From Acidimicrobiia bacterium (GTDB lineage Bacteria; Actinomycetota; Acidimicrobiia; IMCC26256; PALSA-555), in NCBI GenBank assembly GCA_035763745.1, contig DASUAO010000054.1, positions 5,373-69,372 of the forward strand: a DNA stretch of 64,000 nt, written 5' to 3'. Positions 9,021 through 18,606 of the stretch are shown piece by piece; positions within the stretch are counted from its first letter, which is position 1, and each line of letters begins with the position of its first letter. The notes below the pieces were generated by a model that did not search any database, had not been told where the DNA came from, and saw only the letters and a list, made by a program, of their open reading frames with translations. A program made the translations under genes and the position numbers.

Positions 9021-10810
9021 GCGCCCCCGTCGCCGAGACCCCGGCTCCCGACCTCGTCCCGGGCCCGACGACGCTGCCGGCCTGGTTGCTCCTCCAGGCC
9101 GAGCTGCGCCCGAAGGCGATCGCGATGCGGGTCAAGGAGCTCGGGCGCTGGCGCGAGATCTCGTGGTCGGAGCACGCGAGCCGCGTCGAGTCGGTCGGGC
9201 GGGGTCTGGCCCACGCCGGCGTCGGTCGGGGCGACCGTGTGCTCCTCCTCAGTGAGAACCGGCCGGAGTGGGTCATGACCGACCTCGCGGTGCAGGGCCT
9301 CGGCGCGGTGACCGTCGGCGTGTTCCCCTCCACGCCGGTGGCGGAGGTCGGTCCCCTCCTCGAGCGCAGCCGGGCGCGGATCGCCGTCGTCGAGGACGAA
9401 GAGCAGCTCGACAAGCTGCTCGCCCTGCGTGACGGCACCGCGCTCGAACGGATCGTCGTGATCGACACGCGTGGGATCCGTGTGCTCGAGAATCCGGCGT
9501 CGAGCTTCGAGGCGCTCGAGGCGATCGGCACCGTTGAAGCGGTCGAGCTGCGGTCCGGCCGGCTCGACGAATGGCGGACCGCGGTGGGCTCCCTCGCTAC
9601 CCACGACGTCGCGATGGTCGCGTTCACGCCGGGGACCTCGGGCGACCCGAAAGGGGCGCTGCTGACGCACGGCAACCTCGCGGCCGCCGCCGATGTCGGC
9701 ATCGTCACCTACGACGTGCGTGCCGGTGACCGGATCGTGTCCTGCCTGCCCCTGTGCGAGATCGCGGAACGTGTGCTCGTCGTCGCGCAGGCGACGCGGG
9801 CCGGGTGCACGGTGCACTTCGGGGAAGGAGGGGATGCCCTCGAGAACGACATCCGCGAAGTGCGTCCCACCGTGTTCCTCGGAGCCCCCCGGCTCTGGCA
9901 GCGACTCCAGGCGCGGGTGGAGACCGGGCTGCGCAGTGCCGGACGGCTGAAGCGAGCCGCGTTCCGGTTCGGGGTCGGGAACGGTCCTCGGCTCCTGCGA
10001 AACGCACTCGTGACGGCACCGGTGCGGCGACGGGTCGGTCTCACGGACGTGCGGGTCGCGCTCGGCGGAGGGGCCCCGATGCCGACCGCACTGCTCGAGT
10101 GGTGGTCGAGCCTCGGTGTCGACGTGCACGAGATCTACGGACTCACCGAGACCTGCGGTGTCGCGACGTTCGTCGTCGACGCCACGACCGGCGCGGGAAC
10201 CGTGGGACACCCGGTGCCGGGAACCGAGGTCGAGGTCGCGCCGGACGGCGAGGTGCTCGTCCGCGGCGCGTCGGTGTTCGCGGGTTACCTCGACGACCCC
10301 GATGCGACCGCCGCGGCACTCGGTGCGGACGGGTGGTGCCGCACCGGTGACCTCGGCGTCCTCGGCGACGACGGCGATCTGATGATCGTCGGGCGGCGCA
10401 AGGAGGTGCTCGTCACGTCGGGCGGCCACACCGTGGCACCGGGGCCGATCGAGCGCCGCCTCGCCGCGAGTCCGTTCGTGCGAACGGCGATCGTCGTCGG
10501 GGAGAGCCGTCCACACCTCGGCGCCCTCGTCGCGCTCGATGGCGAGACCGTCGGGGACTGGGCATCGGAGAAGGGCATTCCGTTCACGACCCATTCGGCG
10601 TTGGTCGAGCGGCCCGAGGTGGTGGAGCTGATCGCGGCCTGGATCGACGAGGTCGGCGAGGATCTCGCGTCGGAGGAGCGGGTGCGTTGCTTCGCGCTGC
10701 TCCCGCACGAGCTGACGGAGGACAGCGGCGACCTGACTCCCACACTCGAGGTCCGACGCACCGCGACGCTCGATCGGTTCGCGGATCTCGTGGAATCGAT
10801 GTACTCGTGA
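9017..10810 (+). CDS. AMP-dependent acyl-CoA ligase (long-chain-fatty-acid-CoA ligase-like) embedded in the ABC operon
   Basis: AMP-binding motif FTPGTSGDPKGALLTHGN and TGDLG. It overlaps livG-like by 4 nt and the livH-like start by 4 nt. Confidence 0.85.
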   Translation: MSAPVAETPAPDLVPGPTTLPAWLLLQAELRPKAIAMRVKELGRWREISWSEHASRVESVGRGLAHAGVGRGDRVLLLSENRPEWVMTDLAVQGLGAVTVGVFPSTPVAEVGPLLERSRARIAVVEDEEQLDKLLALRDGTALERIVVIDTRGIRVLENPASSFEALEAIGTVEAVELRSGRLDEWRTAVGSLATHDVAMVAFTPGTSGDPKGALLTHGNLAAAADVGIVTYDVRAGDRIVSCLPLCEIAERVLVVAQATRAGCTVHFGEGGDALENDIREVRPTVFLGAPRLWQRLQARVETGLRSAGRLKRAAFRFGVGNGPRLLRNALVTAPVRRRVGLTDVRVALGGGAPMPTALLEWWSSLGVDVHEIYGLTETCGVATFVVDATTGAGTVGHPVPGTEVEVAPDGEVLVRGASVFAGYLDDPDATAAALGADGWCRTGDLGVLGDDGDLMIVGRRKEVLVTSGGHTVAPGPIERRLAASPFVRTAIVVGESRPHLGALVALDGETVGDWASEKGIPFTTHSALVERPEVVELIAAWIDEVGEDLASEERVRCFALLPHELTEDSGDLTPTLEVRRTATLDRFADLVESMYS

Positions 10811-11709
10811 AGTTCCCGCAGCTCTTCGCCTCGGGCGCGGCGCTCGGCGCCGTGTACGCACTCGTCGGGCTCGGCTTCGTGGTGATCTACCGGGCGACCG
10901 GTGTCATCAACTTCGCCCAGGCCGGCATGGTCGTGTTGGGCGCGTTCCTCGTCTACGGCGCGACGACGACCTTGGACCTGTCCTTCTGGCTCGCGCTGCT
11001 CGTGGCGATGGGCCTGGGTGCGCTCCTCGGAATCGTGCTGGAACGGGTCGTGCTGCGTCGCATGATCGGGCGCCCGGTCTACGCGGTGATCCTGGTGACC
11101 GTCGGGTTGCTCCTCCTCGTGGAACCTGTCGTGACGACGATCTGGGAGAACCCGGCAACCAACATCGAGACCCCATGGGGCCTCGGCAAGGTGACCATCG
11201 GGAGTGTGAACATCCTGCAGGTCGACGTCGCGACGGTCGTGATCGCCGGGACGGTCCTCGGGGCGTTCTTCGCCTTCTTCCGGTACACGAAGTACGGCGT
11301 CGCGATGCGGGCCACGGCGATCGACCAGGAAGCCGCGCTCGCCCAGGGGATCAACGTGCAGCGCATCGTCGCGCTCTCGTGGGCGATCGCCGGCGTGGTC
11401 GCGGTGCTCGCAGGGACGATGCTCGGGTCCGGTGCCGGCCCGGCGACGGGACTCGGCGTCGGGATCGGGATCATCTCCCTGAAGGCGCTCCCTGCGGTGG
11501 TGCTCGGCGGGCTCGACTCGCCGCTCGGCGCGGTCGTCGGGGGACTGCTCATCGGCATCACCGAGGTGCTGATGGCCGGGTACCAGAACGACGTCCTGCC
11601 GTTCCTCCCCGACGGGTTCGCCGCCGTCATGCCGTGGGTCGTGATGCTCATCGTCCTCCTCGTCCGCCCCTACGGGTTGTTCGGCACCCGAGACGTGAGG
11701 CGCATCTGA
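10807..11709 (+). CDS. Branched-chain amino acid type ABC permease (LivH-like)
   Basis: GTG at 10807 overlaps the upstream stop. Multi-TM protein beginning VKFPQLFASGAALGAVYALVGLGFVVIYR. Confidence 0.85.
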   Translation: MKFPQLFASGAALGAVYALVGLGFVVIYRATGVINFAQAGMVVLGAFLVYGATTTLDLSFWLALLVAMGLGALLGIVLERVVLRRMIGRPVYAVILVTVGLLLLVEPVVTTIWENPATNIETPWGLGKVTIGSVNILQVDVATVVIAGTVLGAFFAFFRYTKYGVAMRATAIDQEAALAQGINVQRIVALSWAIAGVVAVLAGTMLGSGAGPATGLGVGIGIISLKALPAVVLGGLDSPLGAVVGGLLIGITEVLMAGYQNDVLPFLPDGFAAVMPWVVMLIVLLVRPYGLFGTRDVRRI

Positions 11710-12821
11710 TGGCCGGCGCGACCCGCGGGATGGTGCGGCGGTACGCGCAGGACCTCCGCATGGTGCCCTCGTGGCGCGCGCGGGGGTTCCTCGTCGCGCT
11801 GTTCGCGCTCTACCTGTGGCTGCCGTTCCAGCTCGACGACTTCTGGGCGAGCGTCTTGACGCTCGCGGGCATCACGGCCATCGGTGCGCTCGGGCTCAAC
11901 ATGCTCACGGGCTACACCGGGCAGCCGTCGCTCGGCACGGCCGCGTTCATCGGCCTCGGTGCGTTCACAGCGAGCTACCTCGGGCGGCCGGAGGACTTCG
12001 GCGGGCTCGAGTGGCCGTTCCTCGCGTACCTCGCGGTCGCGATCGTGCTCGGAGCGGTCGTCGGCTTCGTCGTCGGGGTTCCCGCACTTCGCCTGCGCGG
12101 GAACTACCTCATCATCGCGACGCTCGGACTCGTCTTCGTCGCGCTCTATGTGTTCAAGAGCTGGGAAGAGGTCACCGGGGGGAACTCCGGTGTGCCGATG
12201 CCGCTCGAGGTGAACCTGCTGGGCCTCGACTTCGCGAACCTCGACATCTTCGGGGAGACGCTCGGGCGCAACCAGAGTCTCTTCTTCCTCGTGTGGGCGT
12301 TCGTCGCGCTCACGGCGCTGTTGTGCAAGAACGTGGTGCGCACGCGTGCCGGTCGCGCGCTCCAGGCGGTCCGCGACCGCGACGTCGCCGCCGAGGTCGT
12401 CGGCGTGAGCCTCTTCCGGACGAAGGTCGGCGCCTTCGTGCTGTCGAGCGCGATCGCGAGCGCCGCCGGCGTCTTCTACGGCATCTGGATCCAGTACCTG
12501 GTCCCGGACGACCAGTCGCTGGGACTGAACCTCTCGATCCAGTACCTCGCGATCATCATCGTCGGCGGGATCGGGACCATCTACGGTCCCATCCTGGGTG
12601 CGCTCCTCGTCGGGGCGATGCCGGCGCTCATCGACGAGTTCGCAGGCCAGCTCCCGCTCGTCTCCGAGTCCGCCACGGAGTCGGGCATCTCGAAGCCGGC
12701 GTTGAAGGCGTTGCTGTACGCCGTCCTGATCATCGTGTTCCTCGTCACCGAGCCCAACGGCCTGGGCGGCATCTGGCGGCGGATCCGCGACTACTTCGCC
12801 AGCTGGCCCCTGTCCCGCTGA
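11709..12821 (+). CDS. Branched-chain amino acid type ABC permease (LivM-like)
   Basis: ATG at 11709 overlaps the livH-like stop. Carries the motif LNMLTGYTGQPSLGTAAFIGLGAF. Confidence 0.85.
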   Translation: MAGATRGMVRRYAQDLRMVPSWRARGFLVALFALYLWLPFQLDDFWASVLTLAGITAIGALGLNMLTGYTGQPSLGTAAFIGLGAFTASYLGRPEDFGGLEWPFLAYLAVAIVLGAVVGFVVGVPALRLRGNYLIIATLGLVFVALYVFKSWEEVTGGNSGVPMPLEVNLLGLDFANLDIFGETLGRNQSLFFLVWAFVALTALLCKNVVRTRAGRALQAVRDRDVAAEVVGVSLFRTKVGAFVLSSAIASAAGVFYGIWIQYLVPDDQSLGLNLSIQYLAIIIVGGIGTIYGPILGALLVGAMPALIDEFAGQLPLVSESATESGISKPALKALLYAVLIIVFLVTEPNGLGGIWRRIRDYFASWPLSR

Positions 12822-12896
12822 GCCGAGGCCGGGCGCCCAGGGAGGCGGGTGTGACCAACGGCCCTGGTCGGGCGGGCGGCGTCCGCGACAGGCTTG

Positions 12897-12937
12897 GGCA
12901 TGCCTGCGGGGCAGACGTTGGCATGCCTGCGGGGCAG
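12897..12937 (+). repeat. 18-bp direct repeat GGCATGCCTGCGGGGCAG x2 (period 23) in the leader of the binding-protein gene
   Basis: Read directly at 12897-12914 and 12920-12937; each copy contains the palindrome GGCATGCC. A second direct repeat, GATCCCGAACGA, occurs at 12974-12985 and 12990-13001. Confidence 0.8.
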
Positions 12938-13013
12938 GACGGCGCAACACAGATCGGTCGATCTCGACCCCACGATCCCGAACGAGAGGGATCCCGAACG
13001 AAAGGCTTGTGTC

Positions 13014-14276
13014 ATGGCTCGACGAAGCGTGCGAGGAGCCCTCGTCCTCGCGGTGGTTGCGGCGCTTGCCGTGGTCGGCGTCGTTCCCGCCGGTGCGAGT
13101 GTCGCCGCGAAGACCCCACCGGAGACCGACGGGTTCGACGGCACGACGATCAAGCTCGGTGTCATCACCCCACTCACGGGTACGGTGAGCATCATCGGGA
13201 ACCCGCTCACCGCGGGCAACCAGATGTGGTGGGACTACGTCAACGACGAGTTCGGTGGCGTCGGCGGCAAGTACAAGGTGGAGCTCGTCCAGGAGGACAG
13301 CGCGTACCAGCCCCCGCAGGCGATCCAGGCCTACGACAAGATCAAGGGCGATGTGGTCGCGTTCCAGCAGATCCTCGGGACCCAGGTCACCAAGGCGCTG
13401 CTGCCGAAGATGAAGATCGACCAGGTCGGCGGTGCACCGGCCACGCTCGACGCGACGTGGGTGAAGAACCCCAACCTCTTCCCGATCGCCGCGCCGTACC
13501 AGGTCGAGGCGATCAACTCCCTCGACGTGTACAAGCGGACCGAGGGCAAGGGCAAGAAGGTCTGTGCGCTCGCCCAGGACGACGAGTTCGGTGAGGCGGG
13601 CCTCGACGGGTTCGCTACGGCGAAGAAGGCGCTGAAGCTCAAGACGGGTCCGACGCCGCGGTTCAAGTCGGGCGAGGACCTCACGGCCCAGATCCAAGAG
13701 CTCGCCGACGCCAGCTGCGACGCGGTGCTCGTGGTCGCGACGGCCGTCGACGCCACGGCGATCATGACGAAGTCGGTGTCGCTGAACTTCACGCCGCGAA
13801 TGATCGCACTCGCGCCGTTCTGGCTCCCGGTGTTCGCGGGGAACGCCGCGCTCGGCGACTTCCTGACTCAGAACCTGTGGGTCGCGAACGAGGGCGCCGC
13901 GGCCTGGGGCGATTCCTCCGTCCCAGGCATGGACGAGTTCATCGCCCGCCAGGAGCAGTACGCACCCGACCAGGCGCCGGATCCGTACTTCGTGTTCGGC
14001 TACGGCCAGGGCCAGGCGCTCCACCAGATCCTCGAGAAGGCCGTGAAGAACGGCGACCTCTCCCACGCAGGGATCCTCAAGGCGTCGACCCAGATCGGCA
14101 CGCTGGAGATCACCGGGACCGGTGACTACTTCTACGGCAAGAAGGCCTCCGCTCGGAAGCCACCCCTCAGCACCGCGACCTACCAGGTCGACCCCGCGAC
14201 GCCGATCGGGCTCACGCTCGTCGAGCCGGCCGCGGCGTCGAAGGCCGCGAAGAAGTACAAGATCCCGGCCGGCTGA
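13014..14276 (+). CDS. ABC transporter substrate-binding protein (LivK / type I periplasmic binding fold)
   Basis: ATG at 13014 followed by a signal peptide (RGALVLAVVAALAVVGVVPAGASVAA). It is the last gene of the liv-like cluster. Confidence 0.8.
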   Translation: MARRSVRGALVLAVVAALAVVGVVPAGASVAAKTPPETDGFDGTTIKLGVITPLTGTVSIIGNPLTAGNQMWWDYVNDEFGGVGGKYKVELVQEDSAYQPPQAIQAYDKIKGDVVAFQQILGTQVTKALLPKMKIDQVGGAPATLDATWVKNPNLFPIAAPYQVEAINSLDVYKRTEGKGKKVCALAQDDEFGEAGLDGFATAKKALKLKTGPTPRFKSGEDLTAQIQELADASCDAVLVVATAVDATAIMTKSVSLNFTPRMIALAPFWLPVFAGNAALGDFLTQNLWVANEGAAAWGDSSVPGMDEFIARQEQYAPDQAPDPYFVFGYGQGQALHQILEKAVKNGDLSHAGILKASTQIGTLEITGTGDYFYGKKASARKPPLSTATYQVDPATPIGLTLVEPAAASKAAKKYKIPAG

Positions 14277-14316
14277 GCCGAGACCGCCCGGCGCGTCCGG
14301 GCAAGCACGCACGAAC

Positions 14317-14347
14317 CCGAGGGGGACGGCCATGCCGTCCCCCTCGG
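14317..14347 (+). terminator. GC-rich hairpin after the binding-protein gene
   Basis: CCGAGGGGGACGG-CCAT-GCCGTCCCCCTCGG lies 41 nt after the stop codon. Confidence 0.5.
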
Positions 14348-14392
14348 CGCGTCCGGGCCTCGCGTCCGGACTGGGCGTCCTACCCTGGGCGG

Positions 14393-15025
14393 GTGACGAC
14401 GGAGGCCGCGGAGACCCCGCGCGAGCGGGTGTTCGGGGGCGCGTACGAGTGCGTGGAGCGGTTCGGACTCGGGAAGACCACGATCGAGGACGTCGCGCGC
14501 GCGTCCGGCGTGAGCCGGGCGACGATCTACCGGCTCTTCCCGGGCGGACGCGACCAGCTCCTGCGCGAGACGGTGGGGTGGGAGATGAACCGCTTCTTCG
14601 CCCGGCTCGCCGAGGCGGTCGCCGACCTCCCCGATCTCGCGTCGCGCCTGGAGCTCGCGCTGGTGTTCGCCCGGCAGTCGGTGCTCGACCACGCCGTCCT
14701 CCAGAAGGTGCTGGTCACCGAGCCCGAGGTGCTGCTCCCGTTGATGACGATCGAGCAGCACCGCGTCGTCCGCTACATCACCGCCTATCTCGTCCCGCTC
14801 CTGGGCGCCGAGCGAGCCGTCGGCCGACTCGATCCGGTCGTCGACCTGAACCAGGCCGCCGACCATCTCAGCCGGATGGTGCTGTCCCTCATCTCGAGCC
14901 CGGGTCGCTGGGACCTCTCGGACCCCGACTCGGTCCGCCGGCTGGTGCACCAGGAGCTGCTGGGCGGGCTCCTCGTCGCCTCCGACCGAGCCGTCGCCCG
15001 GCCTCACGGGGAGGGACGGGTGTAA
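14393..15025 (+). CDS. TetR family transcriptional regulator
   Basis: N-terminal HTH: GLGKTTIEDVARASGVSRATIYRLFPGGRDQL. Confidence 0.85.
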   Translation: MTTEAAETPRERVFGGAYECVERFGLGKTTIEDVARASGVSRATIYRLFPGGRDQLLRETVGWEMNRFFARLAEAVADLPDLASRLELALVFARQSVLDHAVLQKVLVTEPEVLLPLMTIEQHRVVRYITAYLVPLLGAERAVGRLDPVVDLNQAADHLSRMVLSLISSPGRWDLSDPDSVRRLVHQELLGGLLVASDRAVARPHGEGRV

Positions 15026-15105
15026 ACCAGGGGGTGGGCAGCGCCGTCCCAACTGCGGCATGATTCACCCCGGGGTCGCGCAGACCGAACGGAAGGAGCC
15101 CTCTC

Positions 15106-15543
15106 ATGGGCATGTTCAAGGACCTCAAGAAGCTCAAGGACCAGAGCAAGGAGATCGGTGAGGCCACCGGTCGTCCCACGACGATGCGCGGGATGATGAA
15201 GAACCTCCCGAACGATCTCCACAACGCGACCGAGATGGTCGACGATGCGATGGCGATGCAGGCCGACATGGCCAAGCAGCAGGCGCTGCTCACCACCGGC
15301 ACCCCGGGGACGGCCACGATCACGGGGCTCACGGACACGGGCACGCTCGTGAACTTCAACCCCCAGGTCGTCATCGACATGGAGATCGCCGTGGAGGGCC
15401 AGGCGGCGTACGCGCACCAGCTCACGACACCGGTGCCCCAGATCCACATCCCGCTCGTCCAGCCGGGCAACACGATCGGCGTTCGGGTCGACCCGGCCGA
15501 TCCGTCCTCGGTCGCCATCGATTGGGCCCGCCCCCAGGGCTGA
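15106..15543 (+). CDS. Hypothetical protein (145 aa)
   Basis: GGAAGGAG lies upstream of the ATG. Lys-rich N-terminus followed by a beta-rich C-terminal half. No family recognised. Confidence 0.6.
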   Translation: MGMFKDLKKLKDQSKEIGEATGRPTTMRGMMKNLPNDLHNATEMVDDAMAMQADMAKQQALLTTGTPGTATITGLTDTGTLVNFNPQVVIDMEIAVEGQAAYAHQLTTPVPQIHIPLVQPGNTIGVRVDPADPSSVAIDWARPQG

Positions 15544-15652
15544 GCTCCGCACGCACGGTCGCCGGGGATGGGGCACGGCCGCCCCCGGTGCCGTCGCGTC
15601 CGGGGACCGGTTCCGGGACCACATCGAGTGTGACCTGCGACACGTTGATGAT

Positions 15653-15677
15653 GAGACGATCAATGTCGTATCGTCTC
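15653..15677. promoter_or_regulatory. Inverted repeat GAGACGAT-N9-ATCGTCTC, candidate TetR operator
   Basis: Perfect 8-bp arms end 6 nt before the start of the second TetR gene, inside a locally AT-richer stretch. Confidence 0.45.
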
Positions 15678-15682
15678 AGGAG

Positions 15683-16336
15683 ATGACTGCCGTCGCGACC
15701 CGTGTCGACGTGATCGCCACGGACGGTGTGCACGCCCGGGCGATCGCCGCGACCCTGGCCTGCGTGGCCCGCCACGGGATCGCCAAGACCACCATCGACG
15801 ACATCGCACGCGAGGCAGGCTGCTCCCGAGCGACGCTCTACCGGTACTTCGAGTCCAAGTCCGACCTGGTCGCGGCCACGATCCGCTCCGAGGCCGAGCG
15901 CATCATCGGGCGCATCGAAGCTGCCGCCGGGGCGTGCGGGTCGCTCGAGGACGCCGTGGTCGCCATCCTCGAATGCGCGGACCACGAGCTCGGTGCCCAC
16001 CCGGCGCTCACGTTCGTCGCCGATTTCGAGGCCGAACGCCTCCTTCCCCACCTCACGTTCGGCGGGGGAGACCACTTCCTGCGGCTGGCGGGCGCAGCGC
16101 TCGCCCCCGCGATCCGGCCCTTCGTCCCCGACGACCCCGAGCGTGCCGGCGAGTGGATCGCCCGTGTCGGGCTCGCGCTCTGGATGTCGCCCGCGTCCCG
16201 GGCATCGCTCGGCTCCCGGGCGGCGTTGCGCGCCTACGTGCACGACTTCATCGTGCCCGGACTCCTGCCGGAGCACTCAGACCTCGCTCTCTCGTCCTCA
16301 TCCGCTCGGTCCTCATCCGGCCCGTCCAGGGGGTAA
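15683..16336 (+). CDS. TetR family transcriptional regulator
   Basis: HTH: GIAKTTIDDIAREAGCSRATLYRYFESKSDL. Confidence 0.85.
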   Translation: MTAVATRVDVIATDGVHARAIAATLACVARHGIAKTTIDDIAREAGCSRATLYRYFESKSDLVAATIRSEAERIIGRIEAAAGACGSLEDAVVAILECADHELGAHPALTFVADFEAERLLPHLTFGGGDHFLRLAGAALAPAIRPFVPDDPERAGEWIARVGLALWMSPASRASLGSRAALRAYVHDFIVPGLLPEHSDLALSSSSARSSSGPSRG

Positions 16337-16342
16337 CCCGTC

Positions 16343-17464
16343 ATGGCCATCTCCAACGAAGAGCTCCTCGGTCGCGCCGACGTCGACGACGTCGAATCGA
16401 TCCTGGCGATCTCGAACTCGGACATCGACGCGGTCATGCACGCGGTGCCGTCGAGCGGCGACGCCGTCTTCACGTGGGACTACGAGCGGACGCGCGCGTC
16501 GCTGGAGAAGCTGTACGAGAAGGCCAAGAGCTCGCAGTGGAACGCGAACGACCTCCCCTGGGACACCGATGTCGACCAGGAGAAGGTCGTCATGGAGAAC
16601 CAGGCCGCGAACTCCTACCTCTACGACAACGCCGACATGACCGACACACCGTTCGCCAACTGGGGCGAGAAGGAGTGGCTCGAGTTCGGAGTCGAGTCGC
16701 AGAACTGGACCTTGTCGCAGTTCATGCACGGCGAGCAGGGCGCGCTCATCTGCACCGCGCAGATCGTCGAGACCGTCCCGTGGATCGACGCCAAGTACTA
16801 CGCCTCCACCCAGGTGATGGACGAGGCCCGCCACGTCGAGGTGTTCGCGAAGTACCTCGACACGAAGCTCTCCGGTCACTACCCGATCAACGCCCACCTG
16901 CGGATGCTGCTCGACGACATCATCGGCGACACCCGCTGGGACATGACCTACCTCGGGATGCAGATCATGGTCGAGGGCCTCGCGCTCGCGTCCTTCGGGT
17001 TCATGCACCAGATGACGACCGAACCCCTCCTCAAGCAGATGCTCCGCTACGTGATGAGCGACGAGGCCCGCCACGTCGCGTTCGGCGTGCTGTCATTGCA
17101 GGAGTACTACGAGCAGCTGTCGGCGTCGGAGATCCGGGAGCGCCAGGAGTTCGCGTACGAAGCCGCCGTGCGCATGCGCGACCGGTTCCTCCAGCAGGAG
17201 GTCTGGGAGCGGATGGGCGTCGATGTGAAGTCGGCTGTGAAGGGCGTGCTGGCCGCGCCGGATCGCCCCATCTTCCAGGCGATGCTGTTCTCGAAGATCG
17301 TCCCCAACTGCCGCAAGCTCGGTCTGCTCGACGCCGCTGACGGATGGCTGCGCGAGAAGTTCACCGATCTCGGTGTCATCCAGTTCGAGCACATGACCGA
17401 CACCGGCGAGGAGTACGGCGAGCTCGACGAGGTCGCAAAGGACCGCGCCGTCGCCAACGCCTGA
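16343..17464 (+). CDS. Ferritin-like diiron oxygenase (AurF / acyl-ACP-desaturase-like fold)
   Basis: Two E..EXXH-type motifs (QVMDEARHVEVF and VMSDEARHVAFG) about 90 residues apart. Starts 7 nt after the TetR gene. Confidence 0.7.
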   Translation: MAISNEELLGRADVDDVESILAISNSDIDAVMHAVPSSGDAVFTWDYERTRASLEKLYEKAKSSQWNANDLPWDTDVDQEKVVMENQAANSYLYDNADMTDTPFANWGEKEWLEFGVESQNWTLSQFMHGEQGALICTAQIVETVPWIDAKYYASTQVMDEARHVEVFAKYLDTKLSGHYPINAHLRMLLDDIIGDTRWDMTYLGMQIMVEGLALASFGFMHQMTTEPLLKQMLRYVMSDEARHVAFGVLSLQEYYEQLSASEIRERQEFAYEAAVRMRDRFLQQEVWERMGVDVKSAVKGVLAAPDRPIFQAMLFSKIVPNCRKLGLLDAADGWLREKFTDLGVIQFEHMTDTGEEYGELDEVAKDRAVANA

Positions 17465-17473
17465 CCGCCCGGG

Positions 17474-18577
17474 TCAGGCGTTCTGGAGCCGGCGGGCGCG
17501 CTTGTCGGCGTACATCGCGGCGTCGGCCGTCGCGATCAGCTCTTCGAGGGTGACGGGGTGCGCGGGGTCGAAGAGCGCCGCGCCCATGCTCACCTCGATG
17601 GGCGGGTCCTCGCGGTCTCGGCCCTCCCAGTTGAAGGCGAACCGCAGGCGGTCGAGGAGCTCAGGGACCGAGGGGTGCGGCGTGTCGCTCGCGAGCACGC
17701 AGAACTCGTCGCCGCCGACGCGCGCGATGACGTCCGTGGTGCGCAACGTGTGGGTGAGCGTCCGTGCAAGCCGCTTGAGGAGCTCGTCTCCCGCGGCGTG
17801 ACCGAGACGGTCGTTCACCACCTTCAGGTTGTCGAGGTCGAGGTACACGAGCGCAGTCGGGCGGTCGAAGCGCACCGCGGAGGCGAGGACGTGGGTACCC
17901 ACGGCGAACAGCCCGTTGCGGTTTGCGAGGCCGGTGAGCTCGTCGAGGCCAGCGCGCTGTCGGCCCTCGAGCTCCTCTTCCGCGGTCGCGGCCAGGTCGC
18001 GGAGGAGTCGTTCGTCCTCGGCGCCCAGGTAGCGGGGGTGGTGGTCGACGAGGCAGAGCGTGCCGACCCGACGACCGTTCCCGACGAACAGCGGACACGC
18101 GGCGAAGAACCGGAACTTCGGGTGCGCGCTCACGAGCGGATCGTCGGCGTACCGGGGGTCCGACGACAGGTCGTGGACGACGAACAGGTCGCCGTCGGAG
18201 AACGTCTTCTCGCAGAACGAGAGCGCGCGTGGGGCCTGCGTCAGGTCGAGCCCGTGGCGCGACGCGAACCAGGAGCGGTCGCCGTCGAGGAGGGTGACCA
18301 CGGCGATGTCGGTCGCGAACAGCCGCTGGGCGATGCGGGCGATGCGCTCGAATCGCTCGGCGTCGCTCGCGTCCAACGCGGCGACCGGTGCGCCGACCGG
18401 TGCGCCGACCTGGTCGCCAGCCGGGTCGCCGACCGGCGGTGCGGACCCCGGGGAGGGCGCCCCGACGGCGGGAACCGGTTCGGGCGCGCCCGAGCCCGCG
18501 ACGTTCTCCGGGCTCTCGGAGCCCTCGGCCACCCACTCCACACCTGCGAAGGTAGCCCCACTGGCCAATCCAGGCAC
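17474..18577 (-). CDS. GAF-GGDEF diguanylate cyclase
   Basis: C-terminal motifs RVGGDEFCVL and DLDNLKVVNDRLGHAAGD. The preceding region is GAF-like. Pro/Gly/Ala-rich N-terminus. Confidence 0.85.
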   Translation of the reverse strand: MPGLASGATFAGVEWVAEGSESPENVAGSGAPEPVPAVGAPSPGSAPPVGDPAGDQVGAPVGAPVAALDASDAERFERIARIAQRLFATDIAVVTLLDGDRSWFASRHGLDLTQAPRALSFCEKTFSDGDLFVVHDLSSDPRYADDPLVSAHPKFRFFAACPLFVGNGRRVGTLCLVDHHPRYLGAEDERLLRDLAATAEEELEGRQRAGLDELTGLANRNGLFAVGTHVLASAVRFDRPTALVYLDLDNLKVVNDRLGHAAGDELLKRLARTLTHTLRTTDVIARVGGDEFCVLASDTPHPSVPELLDRLRFAFNWEGRDREDPPIEVSMGAALFDPAHPVTLEELIATADAAMYADKRARRLQNA

Positions 18578-18606
18578 AATGTCCCGGGCAGTAGCCTCAG
18601 AGCCTG

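Noticed and set aside
18370-18410. Short 12-bp duplication (CGGTGCGCCGAC x2) in the GGDEF gene N-terminus
   Set aside because: It is an in-frame duplication within a low-complexity Pro/Gly/Ala region (GAPVGAPV). This is ordinary slippage and not a separate feature.
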